From an uncultured Gammaproteobacteria bacterium (GTDB lineage Bacteria; Pseudomonadota; Gammaproteobacteria; Pseudomonadales; Halieaceae): DNA of 64,000 nt. Below the pieces are notes generated by a model. The model had not been told where the DNA came from. It was given only the letters and a program-made list of their open reading frames with translations, and made no database searches. Shown one piece after another: positions 33,055-42,112 of the stretch. The stretch covers positions 1,667,923 through 1,731,922 of the forward strand of contig CAVXWW010000004.1 of the NCBI GenBank assembly GCA_963765545.1, given 5' to 3'. Position numbers and translations under genes: made by a program. Positions within the stretch are counted from its first letter, which is position 1. Every line of letters starts with the position of its first letter.

Positions 33055-33623
33055 GGCTCTTTAGCGCGCCGACAGGCCCTGCCAGGGGCTGCTCCAGGCA
33101 TTGACCTCAATGCACAGGTGGTCATGTTCGCAACCACCCGGAAGCATCATCGCATCGCTGGCATAGGCGACTCCCCGTCGACGACACCATCGGCAATAGC
33201 ACCGGGGGCCATTTTGTTCAGCACAATCTGTGTCGCCGGCGCCTCGGCCAGCACCTCGTTGTATTTTTGCAGCGTACAGAATTCACCCGACCACTATTGC
33301 CCTGCCCCCGCAAACGAAATACTGCCCTAGTGGGATGCGGGTCACAGATTCACCAGCCAATCCGGGCTCAGGTCATTCCCTGTGCTAGCTTGATTCTGTG
33401 CCCCTGAGATTTCGAACGCGGAGCAGTCGATGCAGGACAGGAGGAGAAAAGGGAGTGACGAGGATCTATGGGCCATGGTGCGCTACCGATTCTGGCATGG
33501 CGCGTGGGTATACGCTGCGGCTATCGGCTTGTTGCTCCTGGTAGGCATGCTATAGGTCCCACTGGGGCATCGCCGCACTTCGGCTAGAGTACCGGAAAGC
33601 TCTTCGGAGTCGAAAAACGCTCG

Positions 33624-34334
33624 TCAGATTGGCTTTAGCAGGTACTCACTCATTGGAATGACATCAATGTGCTCGAAGTCGATAAATCGGGCGCAACTTT
33701 CGATCATAGCGGTCATCCGCTGCTGCAACAGGTTTTCATCGCCACCGGTATCGTAAAACGCATGGTCGCAGGACATCGCAGCCGCAGGGAAATTCTCTTC
33801 GACGATGGCGTCACAATCCAGCACATCTTTGCCCAGCTTGCGCACCACCACATTCTGGCGATAGCCAAACGTTGACTGTGTCTCGATGGCGATAGGCGTA
33901 TGGCTGCCCTGCCAGATCGAGAACCAATCGTCCCTGGCAAGCTGGCCCGGCTTGCGCAGAAAAACCACCTGGCACATGCCCGGCACGCGCTCGCCAGCCA
34001 CCACCGGGTCAGTGTGCCTGCTTACCAGCGGCTCGGCCTCCACCACCAGGTAGCTATGCCTGCGCGCCACATGCCTGTCCAGCAAAGACTCCCAGGCGCC
34101 TGCCGAGCCAGCGCAGTCCACCCACAGCGACAGCACCGCGTCGGGCAGGGGAGAATGGCTCTCCATACGGCGCCCTTGCGCAGGTGCCACCGCGCTATCA
34201 ACAACAGACAGGCGGGCCCCATGAATACCGGGCAGCTGCAACAACCGGGGGGCGAACTCGCCCAGCAAATCATCACGAAATGCATCTCCGGATGACTGTT
34301 CATCCTGCCACAATGCGTAAATCAGCTTTTCCAT
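33624..34334 (-). CDS. conserved hypothetical protein (possibly EthD-like alpha+beta barrel repeats)
   Basis: 236-aa track ORF with a coding-like composition. Family assignment is tentative. Confidence 0.55.
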   Translation of the reverse strand: MEKLIYALWQDEQSSGDAFRDDLLGEFAPRLLQLPGIHGARLSVVDSAVAPAQGRRMESHSPLPDAVLSLWVDCAGSAGAWESLLDRHVARRHSYLVVEAEPLVSRHTDPVVAGERVPGMCQVVFLRKPGQLARDDWFSIWQGSHTPIAIETQSTFGYRQNVVVRKLGKDVLDCDAIVEENFPAAAMSCDHAFYDTGGDENLLQQRMTAMIESCARFIDFEHIDVIPMSEYLLKPI

Positions 34335-34413
34335 CCGCCTGACCTGCTCGCCCTTTTTATGATTTGTTACGCCCTGTCAAAACTCCGCCTGCCCTGCAGG
34401 GCCCAGGCGCACC

Positions 34414-35187
34414 TCAGGATACGCCCAGTGGCGGGGTTATCGTGGCGCAGTTATCGATCAGCATTTCCGACCCGTTGACGAAGCCGGATTCATCCGATGC
34501 GAGGTAAAGTACCAGGTTTGCGATATCTTCCGGATCGCACATGTTGCCAAACTTGCCGACTTCCTCAATATCTTCTGCCGTGGCGACGTCCTTGCCCATC
34601 GCCACTTTCACCACCATGGGGGTCTTTACCCCGTCAGGATGGATTGAATTGCAGCGTATACCGTTTTTCTGTTCCTTACAGAACATGGCAATACTCTTGG
34701 TCAATGAACGCACCGCACCCTTGCTCGCAGTGTAGGCCGCCACAAAAGACTGACCGTGAATCGCTGCCACAGACGACATATTGATAATGGAACCGCCCCC
34801 ACTGACAGCCATCGCGGGGATCGCGTGCTTACAACCGAGGAAGACACCGTCACTGTTGACCGCATTGATCTTGCGCCAGGTAGCCAGGTCGGTATCAACG
34901 ATAGTGCCCAGGGCGATCATGCCCGCATTGTTGACCAGGATATCCAGAGCGCCGAATTTTTCGACAGTAGCGCTGATAACAGACACCCAGTTATCCTCGT
35001 CGCTGACATCCAGGCGCATGAAAACAGCCTCACCGCCGATGCTTTCTGCCACTGCCTGCCCATCCTTTTCATTGAGGTCAGCCACGACCACCCGGGCACC
35101 CTCACGGGCCAGCAAAACTGCATCCGCCTTGCCCATGCCACTGGCACCCCCGGTAACAATGGCTACTTTCCCGGCAACTCTGCCCAT
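34414..35187 (-). CDS. SDR-family oxidoreductase, 3beta/17beta-hydroxysteroid dehydrogenase-like
   Basis: TGGASGMG, NNAG and YxxxK (YTASKGAV) motifs. The segments GGSIINMSSV, IRCNSIHPDGVKTPM and LVLYLASDESGFVNGSE resemble the Comamonas testosteroni 3beta/17beta-HSD as I recall it. Confidence 0.8.
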   Translation of the reverse strand: MGRVAGKVAIVTGGASGMGKADAVLLAREGARVVVADLNEKDGQAVAESIGGEAVFMRLDVSDEDNWVSVISATVEKFGALDILVNNAGMIALGTIVDTDLATWRKINAVNSDGVFLGCKHAIPAMAVSGGGSIINMSSVAAIHGQSFVAAYTASKGAVRSLTKSIAMFCKEQKNGIRCNSIHPDGVKTPMVVKVAMGKDVATAEDIEEVGKFGNMCDPEDIANLVLYLASDESGFVNGSEMLIDNCATITPPLGVS

Positions 35188-35405
35188 GCTTTGTGTTCTC
35201 CCCGTCGATGTTCGATTATTTGCACAACTGCGATGAAGCAGAAATATCCAGCGCGAGAGTTAATCAGATGCCGACCGGCAGCTCAAACCGACGGTGGCTA
35301 AATCTGCTACAGGACTGCCCAATTGAACCGCACCGCCACTCGCATGTACCGCGGTCAGCTAGTATTCTGTGCGAGCGCCAATCACTACCGCCGCAGGAGA
35401 CAACT

Positions 35406-36140
35406 ATGAGCCAAGCAATGGACGCACAAGCCAGACAAACCCCGGGCCTGGTCAACTGGCTGGGCTACCTCGCCCTGACCCTGCTGCTGGCACTGCCCGC
35501 CGCCGTGTTGATGGTCCGTTCAGGGGCCTGGCAGCAGGGGCTTCTGGTATACGCTATCGCGTGCGCAGGGGCCGCGCTGCTGGTGCTGCTGGCCGTGGTG
35601 CTGATGCTGTTGCCGCGCTTCGCACCCTGGCGCAAGCCGATCGCGGGGCGCGCCCTGTTCGCACTACCGGGGGCCTTGCTACTGCTGTCCTTGTTGGGAT
35701 CGGGCAATTACCCGCGCATCCACGACATCTCCACCGACCTGCAGGACCAACCGGAATTTACCGCGGCCGAGCAGCTGCGAGGCCCAGACAGCAACTCTCT
35801 GCAGACCGATGCCGCTACCATGGCCGCGCAGGCCGAAGCCTATCCCGACCTGGAAACACTGCAAACGGAGCTGGAGTTCGACGAGCTGTTTGACCGGGCG
35901 GTGCGTGTAGCTACCGGAATGGGCTGGGAAATCCACCTGCAGGATCCCAATGCCGGCATCATCGAGGCGGTGGACACCACAGCAATAATGGGCTTCAAGG
36001 ACGACATCGTGATCAGGGTACGCACCAATGCCCAGGGCGCACTGCTGGACCTGAGATCCGTCTCCCGCGTTGGCGTCAGCGACATGGGCGCCAATGCCAG
36101 GCGCATAAACGCCTTCCTGGCAAAACTGCAACAACAGTAA
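35406..36140 (+). CDS. DUF1499 domain membrane protein
   Basis: Start MSQAMDAQ at ATG 35406 after GGAGA. N-terminal TM helices. C-terminal LDLRSVSRVGVSDMGANARRINAFL is typical of DUF1499. Confidence 0.75.
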   Translation: MSQAMDAQARQTPGLVNWLGYLALTLLLALPAAVLMVRSGAWQQGLLVYAIACAGAALLVLLAVVLMLLPRFAPWRKPIAGRALFALPGALLLLSLLGSGNYPRIHDISTDLQDQPEFTAAEQLRGPDSNSLQTDAATMAAQAEAYPDLETLQTELEFDELFDRAVRVATGMGWEIHLQDPNAGIIEAVDTTAIMGFKDDIVIRVRTNAQGALLDLRSVSRVGVSDMGANARRINAFLAKLQQQ

Positions 36141-36146
36141 AACGCC

Positions 36147-37226
36147 ATGGTGACAGCAAAGTTCGCGCTGACTGCGCATTACCGCCTGACTATTGCAGCG
36201 CTGTGTCTGCTGGCCGCGCTTAGCGCAGCTGCGAAGGACATTGACTATCTCAGTTTCGCAACTGACGACGAGGCCAATAGCACCGAGATATTCAGCAGGG
36301 CAAGCCCCTCGGTCGTGTTTGTCACAAACAAGGCATTGCGCCGACATTTTTTCAGCCCGAATGTACAGGAGATCCCCCAGGGGGCCGGCACCGGGTTTGT
36401 CTGGGACAACAGCGGACTGATCGTCACCAATTACCACGTTATCGCCGGGGCGCACCGGCTGACGGTTACACTGCATGATCGCAGCGAACACGATGCCGAG
36501 GTCATAGGGGTTGCACCTGAGAAAGACCTTGCCGTACTGCGCATCGAAGAACCACCCGATCACCTGGTAACCCTGCCCCTTGGCGATTCCTCAGAATTGA
36601 CCGTGGGCCGCAAGGTTCTTGCCATAGGCAATCCATTCGGCCTTGATACCACCCTCACCACCGGTATCGTCAGTGCGCTGGGGCGCGAGATCAAGGCACC
36701 GGACAATCGCAAGATTCGAGGGGTCATCCAGACCGATGCCGCCATCAACCCCGGCAACTCCGGCGGGCCGCTGCTGAACTCGCTGGGGCAGCTGGTAGGC
36801 GTCAATACCGCGATATACAGCCCCAGCGGCGCCAGCGCCGGCATCGGCTTTGCCATCCCGGTCAACACGGTGAAAGAGGTAGTGCCGCAACTCATCAGTT
36901 ACGGTCGCATCCTGCGGCCTGTGATCGGCGTGGAGCTGGCCAGTGACCGCTGGATCAGGCGCTACCGAATCGAAGGGCTGCCAGTAGTGCAGGTCTACCC
37001 TGGCCTGCCGGCTCACAAGGCGGGCATGACCGGCGCTTACAGGGGGTCCAGGGGAGAGATTGTACTGGGGGACATCATTACCCATATCGATGGCCGATCC
37101 ATTCTGAACAACGATGACTATCTCGACGAGCTGGAGAAGAAAAAACCCGGGAGCAGCATCCGCATCCAGACCCGGCGCGGTGAGCAAGAGAAGACGTTCA
37201 AGGTGAAAGTTATCGAGTCCCAGTAG
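36147..37226 (+). CDS. S1C (HtrA/DegP-like) trypsin-fold serine protease with one PDZ domain
   Basis: 359 aa with a signal peptide. TNYHVI (His), DLAVLRI (Asp) and GNSGGPLLN (Ser), plus a C-terminal PDZ. Confidence 0.88.
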   Translation: MVTAKFALTAHYRLTIAALCLLAALSAAAKDIDYLSFATDDEANSTEIFSRASPSVVFVTNKALRRHFFSPNVQEIPQGAGTGFVWDNSGLIVTNYHVIAGAHRLTVTLHDRSEHDAEVIGVAPEKDLAVLRIEEPPDHLVTLPLGDSSELTVGRKVLAIGNPFGLDTTLTTGIVSALGREIKAPDNRKIRGVIQTDAAINPGNSGGPLLNSLGQLVGVNTAIYSPSGASAGIGFAIPVNTVKEVVPQLISYGRILRPVIGVELASDRWIRRYRIEGLPVVQVYPGLPAHKAGMTGAYRGSRGEIVLGDIITHIDGRSILNNDDYLDELEKKKPGSSIRIQTRRGEQEKTFKVKVIESQ

Positions 37227-37368
37227 CCTTTATCCCGAAAGGTTTATCCGGGAGCTTTTGCCTCGCCACAGTAATTGCAGTTCGCCCGGATTAAATACAC
37301 CTCCAAAGCAACAGCGTTTCAAGTAAGCTCTGTCCCTTCAATACAAGAGCACTCACAAGGAAACCAGC

Positions 37369-37668
37369 ATGATAGTTGTCAACGGAATCATAGAATCATC
37401 CAGCGAAGATATCGCCACCCTGAAGGACATGCTTATCGAAATGGAGGCCGTCACCCGCGAGGAGGCGGGCTGCCTGGACTACGCGTTCAGCATCGAGATA
37501 GCGAACCCGGAAGTACTGCGACTCACCGAAAAATGGGACACCCTGGAGTCTCTGCAGGCACACTTTGCGATGCCTCATTTGCAGGCGTTTCAGAAAGCAA
37601 TCACCACGCGGCCGCCAAAGCGCACTGATATCAGTTTCTATCGAGTGGAGGAGCTGGACCTGATGTGA
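37369..37668 (+). CDS. antibiotic-biosynthesis-monooxygenase (ABM) domain protein (YgiN-like quinol monooxygenase family)
   Basis: 99 aa. GCLDYAFS...EKWDTLESLQAHFAMPH pattern. Confidence 0.8.
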   Translation: MIVVNGIIESSSEDIATLKDMLIEMEAVTREEAGCLDYAFSIEIANPEVLRLTEKWDTLESLQAHFAMPHLQAFQKAITTRPPKRTDISFYRVEELDLM

Positions 37669-37702
37669 GCTGGCCCGGCGGGCCCTTTGCGTTGCGCGCG
37701 AA

Positions 37703-38098
37703 TTACAGGATCAGCACCAGCAACATCACAATCACCGCTGCGCCCAGCACCCACTTGTACAGGTCCTGTTTGGTCATTCCGGGCTTGCGATTGCGGTTTT
37801 CTTCCATCACCAGCCTGGCCATCAGCGCGTCAACGTCGCCGCTACCCATGCGCTCAGGCTTTACGGGTTGATAGGCCGGGCGTGCTGATGGGGTAACGTC
37901 TCCGGTAGCTACCGCCACTTTATCCAGGGCCTGGCGCGCTATTTCCGCAGCGCGGCTCTCCCTTTGTTTTACCGCCTCCAGCAGTTCAACCAACTGCTGG
38001 CGCTCTGCCGCTGGCATCGCATCAATGCCGCTGACATCGCTGGCCCTGAGACTGAACGTCTGGCCATTGATAACGAATGTGATCCTGGGCTGTTCCAT
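37703..38098 (-). CDS. hypothetical tail-anchored protein
   Basis: 131-aa track ORF with a C-terminal TM helix (WVLGAAVIVMLLVLIL). No family recognised. Confidence 0.5.
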   Translation of the reverse strand: MEQPRITFVINGQTFSLRASDVSGIDAMPAAERQQLVELLEAVKQRESRAAEIARQALDKVAVATGDVTPSARPAYQPVKPERMGSGDVDALMARLVMEENRNRKPGMTKQDLYKWVLGAAVIVMLLVLIL

Positions 38099-38118
38099 AA
38101 TCGCGCGCTGCTTCCCCT

Positions 38119-38868
38119 TCAGGCCAGGGTACCGCCATCCACCCGTATGTACTCTCCGGTAATATGAACACCGTCCTGTGAGGCAAGCATGGCAATCACA
38201 CCCGCCACCACCTCAGGGCCACGGGCACCGGTTGGCGAAATAACCCGGGATATAAGTTCAAAGTCCATGGTATCTGGGAAGGCCACGCCGTCAGTCATGC
38301 CTGTCTTGATTTCACCCGGACACACACAGTTGGCGCGAACACCACGCTTGGCGTATTCGATGGCGATGCTGCGGGTCATCGCAAGCACGCCGCCCTTGCT
38401 GGCAGAGTAAGCCACTCCGCAGGGCAGCCCTGCCAGCGCCGCCGTCGAAGCCGCATTGACGATGGCGCCCTTGCTCGCCACCAGGTGAGGCAGCACCTCC
38501 CTGCACAGCAGCATGGTGCCAGTAAGGTTGACGTCCAGCACCTTCTGCCACTGCGCCAGTGCGAGTTGCTCGGTGTCATCAAAGCGCAGCACGCCGGCCA
38601 TATTGACCAGGGCGTTGAGACCGCCATACACGTCAACGCAGGCTGCCACACAGGTTTTTACATCGTCCTCGCTACTGATATCGCAAACCCTGCCACTGGC
38701 CTTGCCGCCGGCCGCGACTACCGCGGCCACCGTGGCGTCTACCGCATCTGCATTAAGGTCCACGCAATACACCGCGCCGCCCTCCGCCGCCAGGCGCAGG
38801 GCGCTGGCCTGGCCAATGCCCCCGCCGGCACCGGTTACCAATAGCACCTGGTCTTTGAATCGTTGCAT
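38119..38868 (-). CDS. SDR-family oxidoreductase
   Basis: 249 aa. TGAGGGIG, NMAG and YSASKGGV motifs. Confidence 0.88.
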   Translation of the reverse strand: MQRFKDQVLLVTGAGGGIGQASALRLAAEGGAVYCVDLNADAVDATVAAVVAAGGKASGRVCDISSEDDVKTCVAACVDVYGGLNALVNMAGVLRFDDTEQLALAQWQKVLDVNLTGTMLLCREVLPHLVASKGAIVNAASTAALAGLPCGVAYSASKGGVLAMTRSIAIEYAKRGVRANCVCPGEIKTGMTDGVAFPDTMDFELISRVISPTGARGPEVVAGVIAMLASQDGVHITGEYIRVDGGTLA

Positions 38869-39110
38869 TGTTGGCCCCTGTTTCGAATCGCAGCCAGCAT
38901 GCCTCCGGCGGCAACGGCGGTCAACTGGTGAAGTATGGATCGATAAACCAGTTTCGAGTGGAAACCGCCTGTTGCCGGATTATGTCAGGCAGGCTGACTT
39001 ATTAAGCCATTGTCGTGTACCGCAACGGCGCTAACATGGAGCCTCTTTAATCAGTGGTCGCGCGCCCCTAACATAGCGGCAAAATGGGGCGCTGATTCAA
39101 GCTGGATCAT

Positions 39111-40337
39111 TTGCCTACAGACCCGGACAGGAGAACACATTTGCAGGATCTAGAACATTTTCGCCAGGAAGTAAGGCAGTGGCTGGAATACAATTGCCCG
39201 GATTCACAGCGCCAACCCATAACACCCGAAGAACAGTACTGGGGCGGGCGCCGCGGCAGCTTTGCCAGCGAGGACGCCCGGCTGTGGTACGAGCGAATGC
39301 GTGACAAGGGCTGGATAGCCCCCGAATGGCCAAGCCAATACGGCGGTGGCGGCCTGAGCGACCAGGAAGGCCGTGTCATTAAGCAGGAGATGAAGCGCCT
39401 GGGGGCCCGCACCCCACTCTACGGCATCGGCCTGTGGATGCTTGGTCCCGCGCTGCTGGAATACGGCAACGAGGAGCAAAAGAAGCAACATATACCCGCC
39501 ATTATCAATGGAGAGTCCCGCTGGGCGCAGGGCTACTCGGAACCCGGCGCCGGCTCGGACCTGGCCAGCCTGCAATGCAAGGCGGAAGACATGGGAGATC
39601 ACTTCCTGGTCAACGGCAGCAAAATCTGGACCACAGCAGCCGACAAGTGCGACTGGATATTCTGCCTGGTGCGCACTGACCCCAACGTCAAAAAGCAGGA
39701 AGGCATCAGTTTCCTGCTGATAGACATGGATGACCCGGGTATCAGCACCACACCCATTGGCCTGATCAGCGGGGAGTCCGAGTTCTGCCAGACCTTTTTT
39801 GACAATGTGAAAGTGCCCAAGACAAACCTGGTGGGCGACCTGAACAAGGGCTGGTCTGTCGCCAAGGCACTGCTGGTACATGAGCGCAAGCTGATGGCGG
39901 AAATTGGCAGTGACTCTCCGCGCAAGATTGTGGCGCCTACTGAGGCCGCGCACAAATACCTGGAGTTCCGCGACGGCAAGATCAGCGATGCGCAGCTGCG
40001 CAGTGACCTGGTGGATTACAACATGCAGATGCACGCGATTGCCCTCACCCACTTTCGCGGGTTCGAGGAGAAGTCCGCCGGCGTGCGCAGCGCCGCTCCA
40101 TTGGTGATGAAATACCTGGGGACAGAGGCGGAAAAAACCAAGAGCGAACTGCTGCTGGCCATCATGGGCAGCCAGGGGCTGGGCTGGGAGGGTGAGGCTT
40201 TTACCGCCGAAGAACTCGATACCCTGCGCCTGTGGGCCATGTCCAAAGCCATGACAATTGCCGGTGGCAGCTCCGAAGTGCAGCTCAATGTCATTGCCAA
40301 AAGCGTGCTTGAACTCCCCCAGTCCGGCGGCAAATAG
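39111..40337 (+). CDS. acyl-CoA dehydrogenase family protein (subunit 1 of an adjacent pair)
   Basis: 408 aa. ACAD N-terminal, middle and C-terminal pattern (YSEPGAGSDLAS, GSKIWTT). The track start is TTG 39111. An alternative TTG at 39141 is preceded by AGGAGA. Confidence 0.9.
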   Translation: MPTDPDRRTHLQDLEHFRQEVRQWLEYNCPDSQRQPITPEEQYWGGRRGSFASEDARLWYERMRDKGWIAPEWPSQYGGGGLSDQEGRVIKQEMKRLGARTPLYGIGLWMLGPALLEYGNEEQKKQHIPAIINGESRWAQGYSEPGAGSDLASLQCKAEDMGDHFLVNGSKIWTTAADKCDWIFCLVRTDPNVKKQEGISFLLIDMDDPGISTTPIGLISGESEFCQTFFDNVKVPKTNLVGDLNKGWSVAKALLVHERKLMAEIGSDSPRKIVAPTEAAHKYLEFRDGKISDAQLRSDLVDYNMQMHAIALTHFRGFEEKSAGVRSAAPLVMKYLGTEAEKTKSELLLAIMGSQGLGWEGEAFTAEELDTLRLWAMSKAMTIAGGSSEVQLNVIAKSVLELPQSGGK

Positions 40338-40340
40338 ACG

Positions 40341-41480
40341 ATGGCGCTGGTACTGAATGAAGAGCAGCGATTGCTCAGGGATAGCAGCCGGGACTTCCTC
40401 GCCAGCAACGCTCCGGTGGCTGCCCTGCGCACGCTGCGCGACGAACGGGACCCTTTGGGTTACTCACAGGAACTGTGGCAACAGATGGCGGGGCTTGGTT
40501 GGGCAAGTATTATCCTGCCGGAACAGTACGGTGGGCTTGACTTCGGTTTCACCGGGCTGGGTGTGGTTATGGAGGAGTGCGGCAGAACGCTGACTGCATC
40601 ACCGCTGTTCGCCTCAGCCGTCGTGGGTGCCTCCAGCATACTGTTGGGCGGCAGCGCCGCGCAGAAATCCGACCTGTTGCCAAAGGTCGCCTCCGGAGAA
40701 TTAACCCTGGCGCTGGCCCTGGAAGAATCACATCACCACCGGCCCAGCCATATTGCAACCACCGCCCGGCGCGATGGTGAACATTTTGTAATCAATGGCC
40801 GCAAGACTTTTGTGCTCGACGGTCACAGCGCACAGAAACTGATCGTGGTCGCGCGCAGTTCCGGCGAAGAGAACAGTGCACAGGGATTGAGTCTTCTGCT
40901 GGTTGATCCTGAAACCCACGGTGTCAATTGCCAGCGCACGGTGATGGTAGATAGCCGCAACGCGGCCAACGTGAGTTTCGACAACGTCAGGGTGAGCTCG
41001 GATGCGCTCATCGGTGAAGCTGGCGGCGGCTGGGACACTCTGGAGCCCGCGCTGGACAGGGGGCGGATTGCCCTCGCCGCAGAGATGATGGGCTGTGCGC
41101 TGGAAGCCTTTGAACGCACGGTGGCCTACCTGAAGGAGCGCGAGCAGTTCGGCGTACCCATCGGCAGCTTCCAGGCACTGCAACACCGGGCCGCCGGCAT
41201 GCAGGCTGACATCGAGCTGTGCCGATCCGTGTTGCTGCAGGCACTGGGCGCGGTCGATGAGACACCCGATCAGCTGCCGCTGCTGGCCAGCCTGGCCAAG
41301 GCAAAACTGAACGAACTGGTAAAACTGGTGACCAACGAGGCCGTTCAAATGCATGGTGGTATAGGGGTAACTGATGAACTTGAAATTGGCTTTTTCCTGA
41401 AACGTGCCCGAGTGACCATGCAGATCTACGGGGATACCGGGTTCCACAAGGACCGTTACGCCACACTGAGTAGTTACTAG
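40341..41480 (+). CDS. acyl-CoA dehydrogenase family protein (subunit 2 of an adjacent pair)
   Basis: 379 aa. Starts 4 nt after the previous stop. ACAD fold (FQALQHRAA, MHGGIGVTDE). Confidence 0.9.
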   Translation: MALVLNEEQRLLRDSSRDFLASNAPVAALRTLRDERDPLGYSQELWQQMAGLGWASIILPEQYGGLDFGFTGLGVVMEECGRTLTASPLFASAVVGASSILLGGSAAQKSDLLPKVASGELTLALALEESHHHRPSHIATTARRDGEHFVINGRKTFVLDGHSAQKLIVVARSSGEENSAQGLSLLLVDPETHGVNCQRTVMVDSRNAANVSFDNVRVSSDALIGEAGGGWDTLEPALDRGRIALAAEMMGCALEAFERTVAYLKEREQFGVPIGSFQALQHRAAGMQADIELCRSVLLQALGAVDETPDQLPLLASLAKAKLNELVKLVTNEAVQMHGGIGVTDELEIGFFLKRARVTMQIYGDTGFHKDRYATLSSY

Positions 41481-41510
41481 AGCCGCTTCTTAGAAGCCAA
41501 CGAGGACGAC

Positions 41511-41867
41511 ATGGACGCAAGCGATAAAGTAAAAGTAGTGGAAGCTTACATAGAAGCTTTCGACACCTGTGATATGAACATCATCCGTAATATGTATGCC
41601 GCCAATGCCCGGGTGGAAGACCCGGTTGGCACGCCGGTACACGACGGTATCGAGGCAATTTGTGCGTTCTATGAAGGCGCGCTCAAATCCGGCGCCACGC
41701 TCGCCCTGACCGGCACACCACGTTGCGCCGGAAACGCCGTTGCCTTTGCTTTCCAGGCCAGGATGCCAGGAATGGTGGTCGATATCATCGACGTCTTCGA
41801 GTTTAACGAGGACGGCAAAGTAGTGGACATGAAGGCCTATTGGGGCCCGGAAAACATGCAATCCTGA
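41511..41867 (+). CDS. ksi: ketosteroid (delta5-3-ketosteroid) isomerase homolog, NTF2-like fold
   Basis: 118 aa. Aligns by eye with Pseudomonas putida KSI: EAYIEAFD (Tyr16 equivalent), NMYAANARVEDPVG (Tyr32 and Asp40 equivalents), CAFYEGAL (Tyr57 equivalent), VDIIDVFEFNEDG (Asp103 equivalent). Confidence 0.8.
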   Translation: MDASDKVKVVEAYIEAFDTCDMNIIRNMYAANARVEDPVGTPVHDGIEAICAFYEGALKSGATLALTGTPRCAGNAVAFAFQARMPGMVVDIIDVFEFNEDGKVVDMKAYWGPENMQS

Positions 41868-41885
41868 CACAGGCACGTTGGCCCC

Positions 41886-42024
41886 ATGGAAATCAACGGC
41901 ATAGCACACAACGTTCTGACTGCAGGCGACTTCCCCCGGTCGATAGGCGCCCATGTCGTGCACCCACCCGGAAGGCATCCGGCTGGAGGCCAATTTCGTG
42001 CCCGGCAAGGGCCTGCTCAGCTGA
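41886..42024 (+). pseudogene. VOC (glyoxalase/bleomycin-resistance/dioxygenase) family gene remnant
   Basis: The N-terminal MEINGIAHNVLTAGDFPRS is fused, in a +1 frame, to the C-terminal HPEGIRLEANFVPGKGLLS*. Only about 139 nt remain of an expected roughly 400. Confidence 0.45.
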
Positions 42025-42112
42025 CCTTTGATTTCTGCCGACAGCAACAGTTGATCCAAAGCAATCGCGACAATTTCTCGGGGCGGTTATAATCCCGCAC
42101 CGGAGGTAAGTC

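Noticed and set aside
33118-33330. 70-aa plus-strand ORF downstream of htpX.
   Set aside because: Its composition is not protein-like. The region reads better as minus-strand fragments of an eroded gene (see the finding at 33061-33555).
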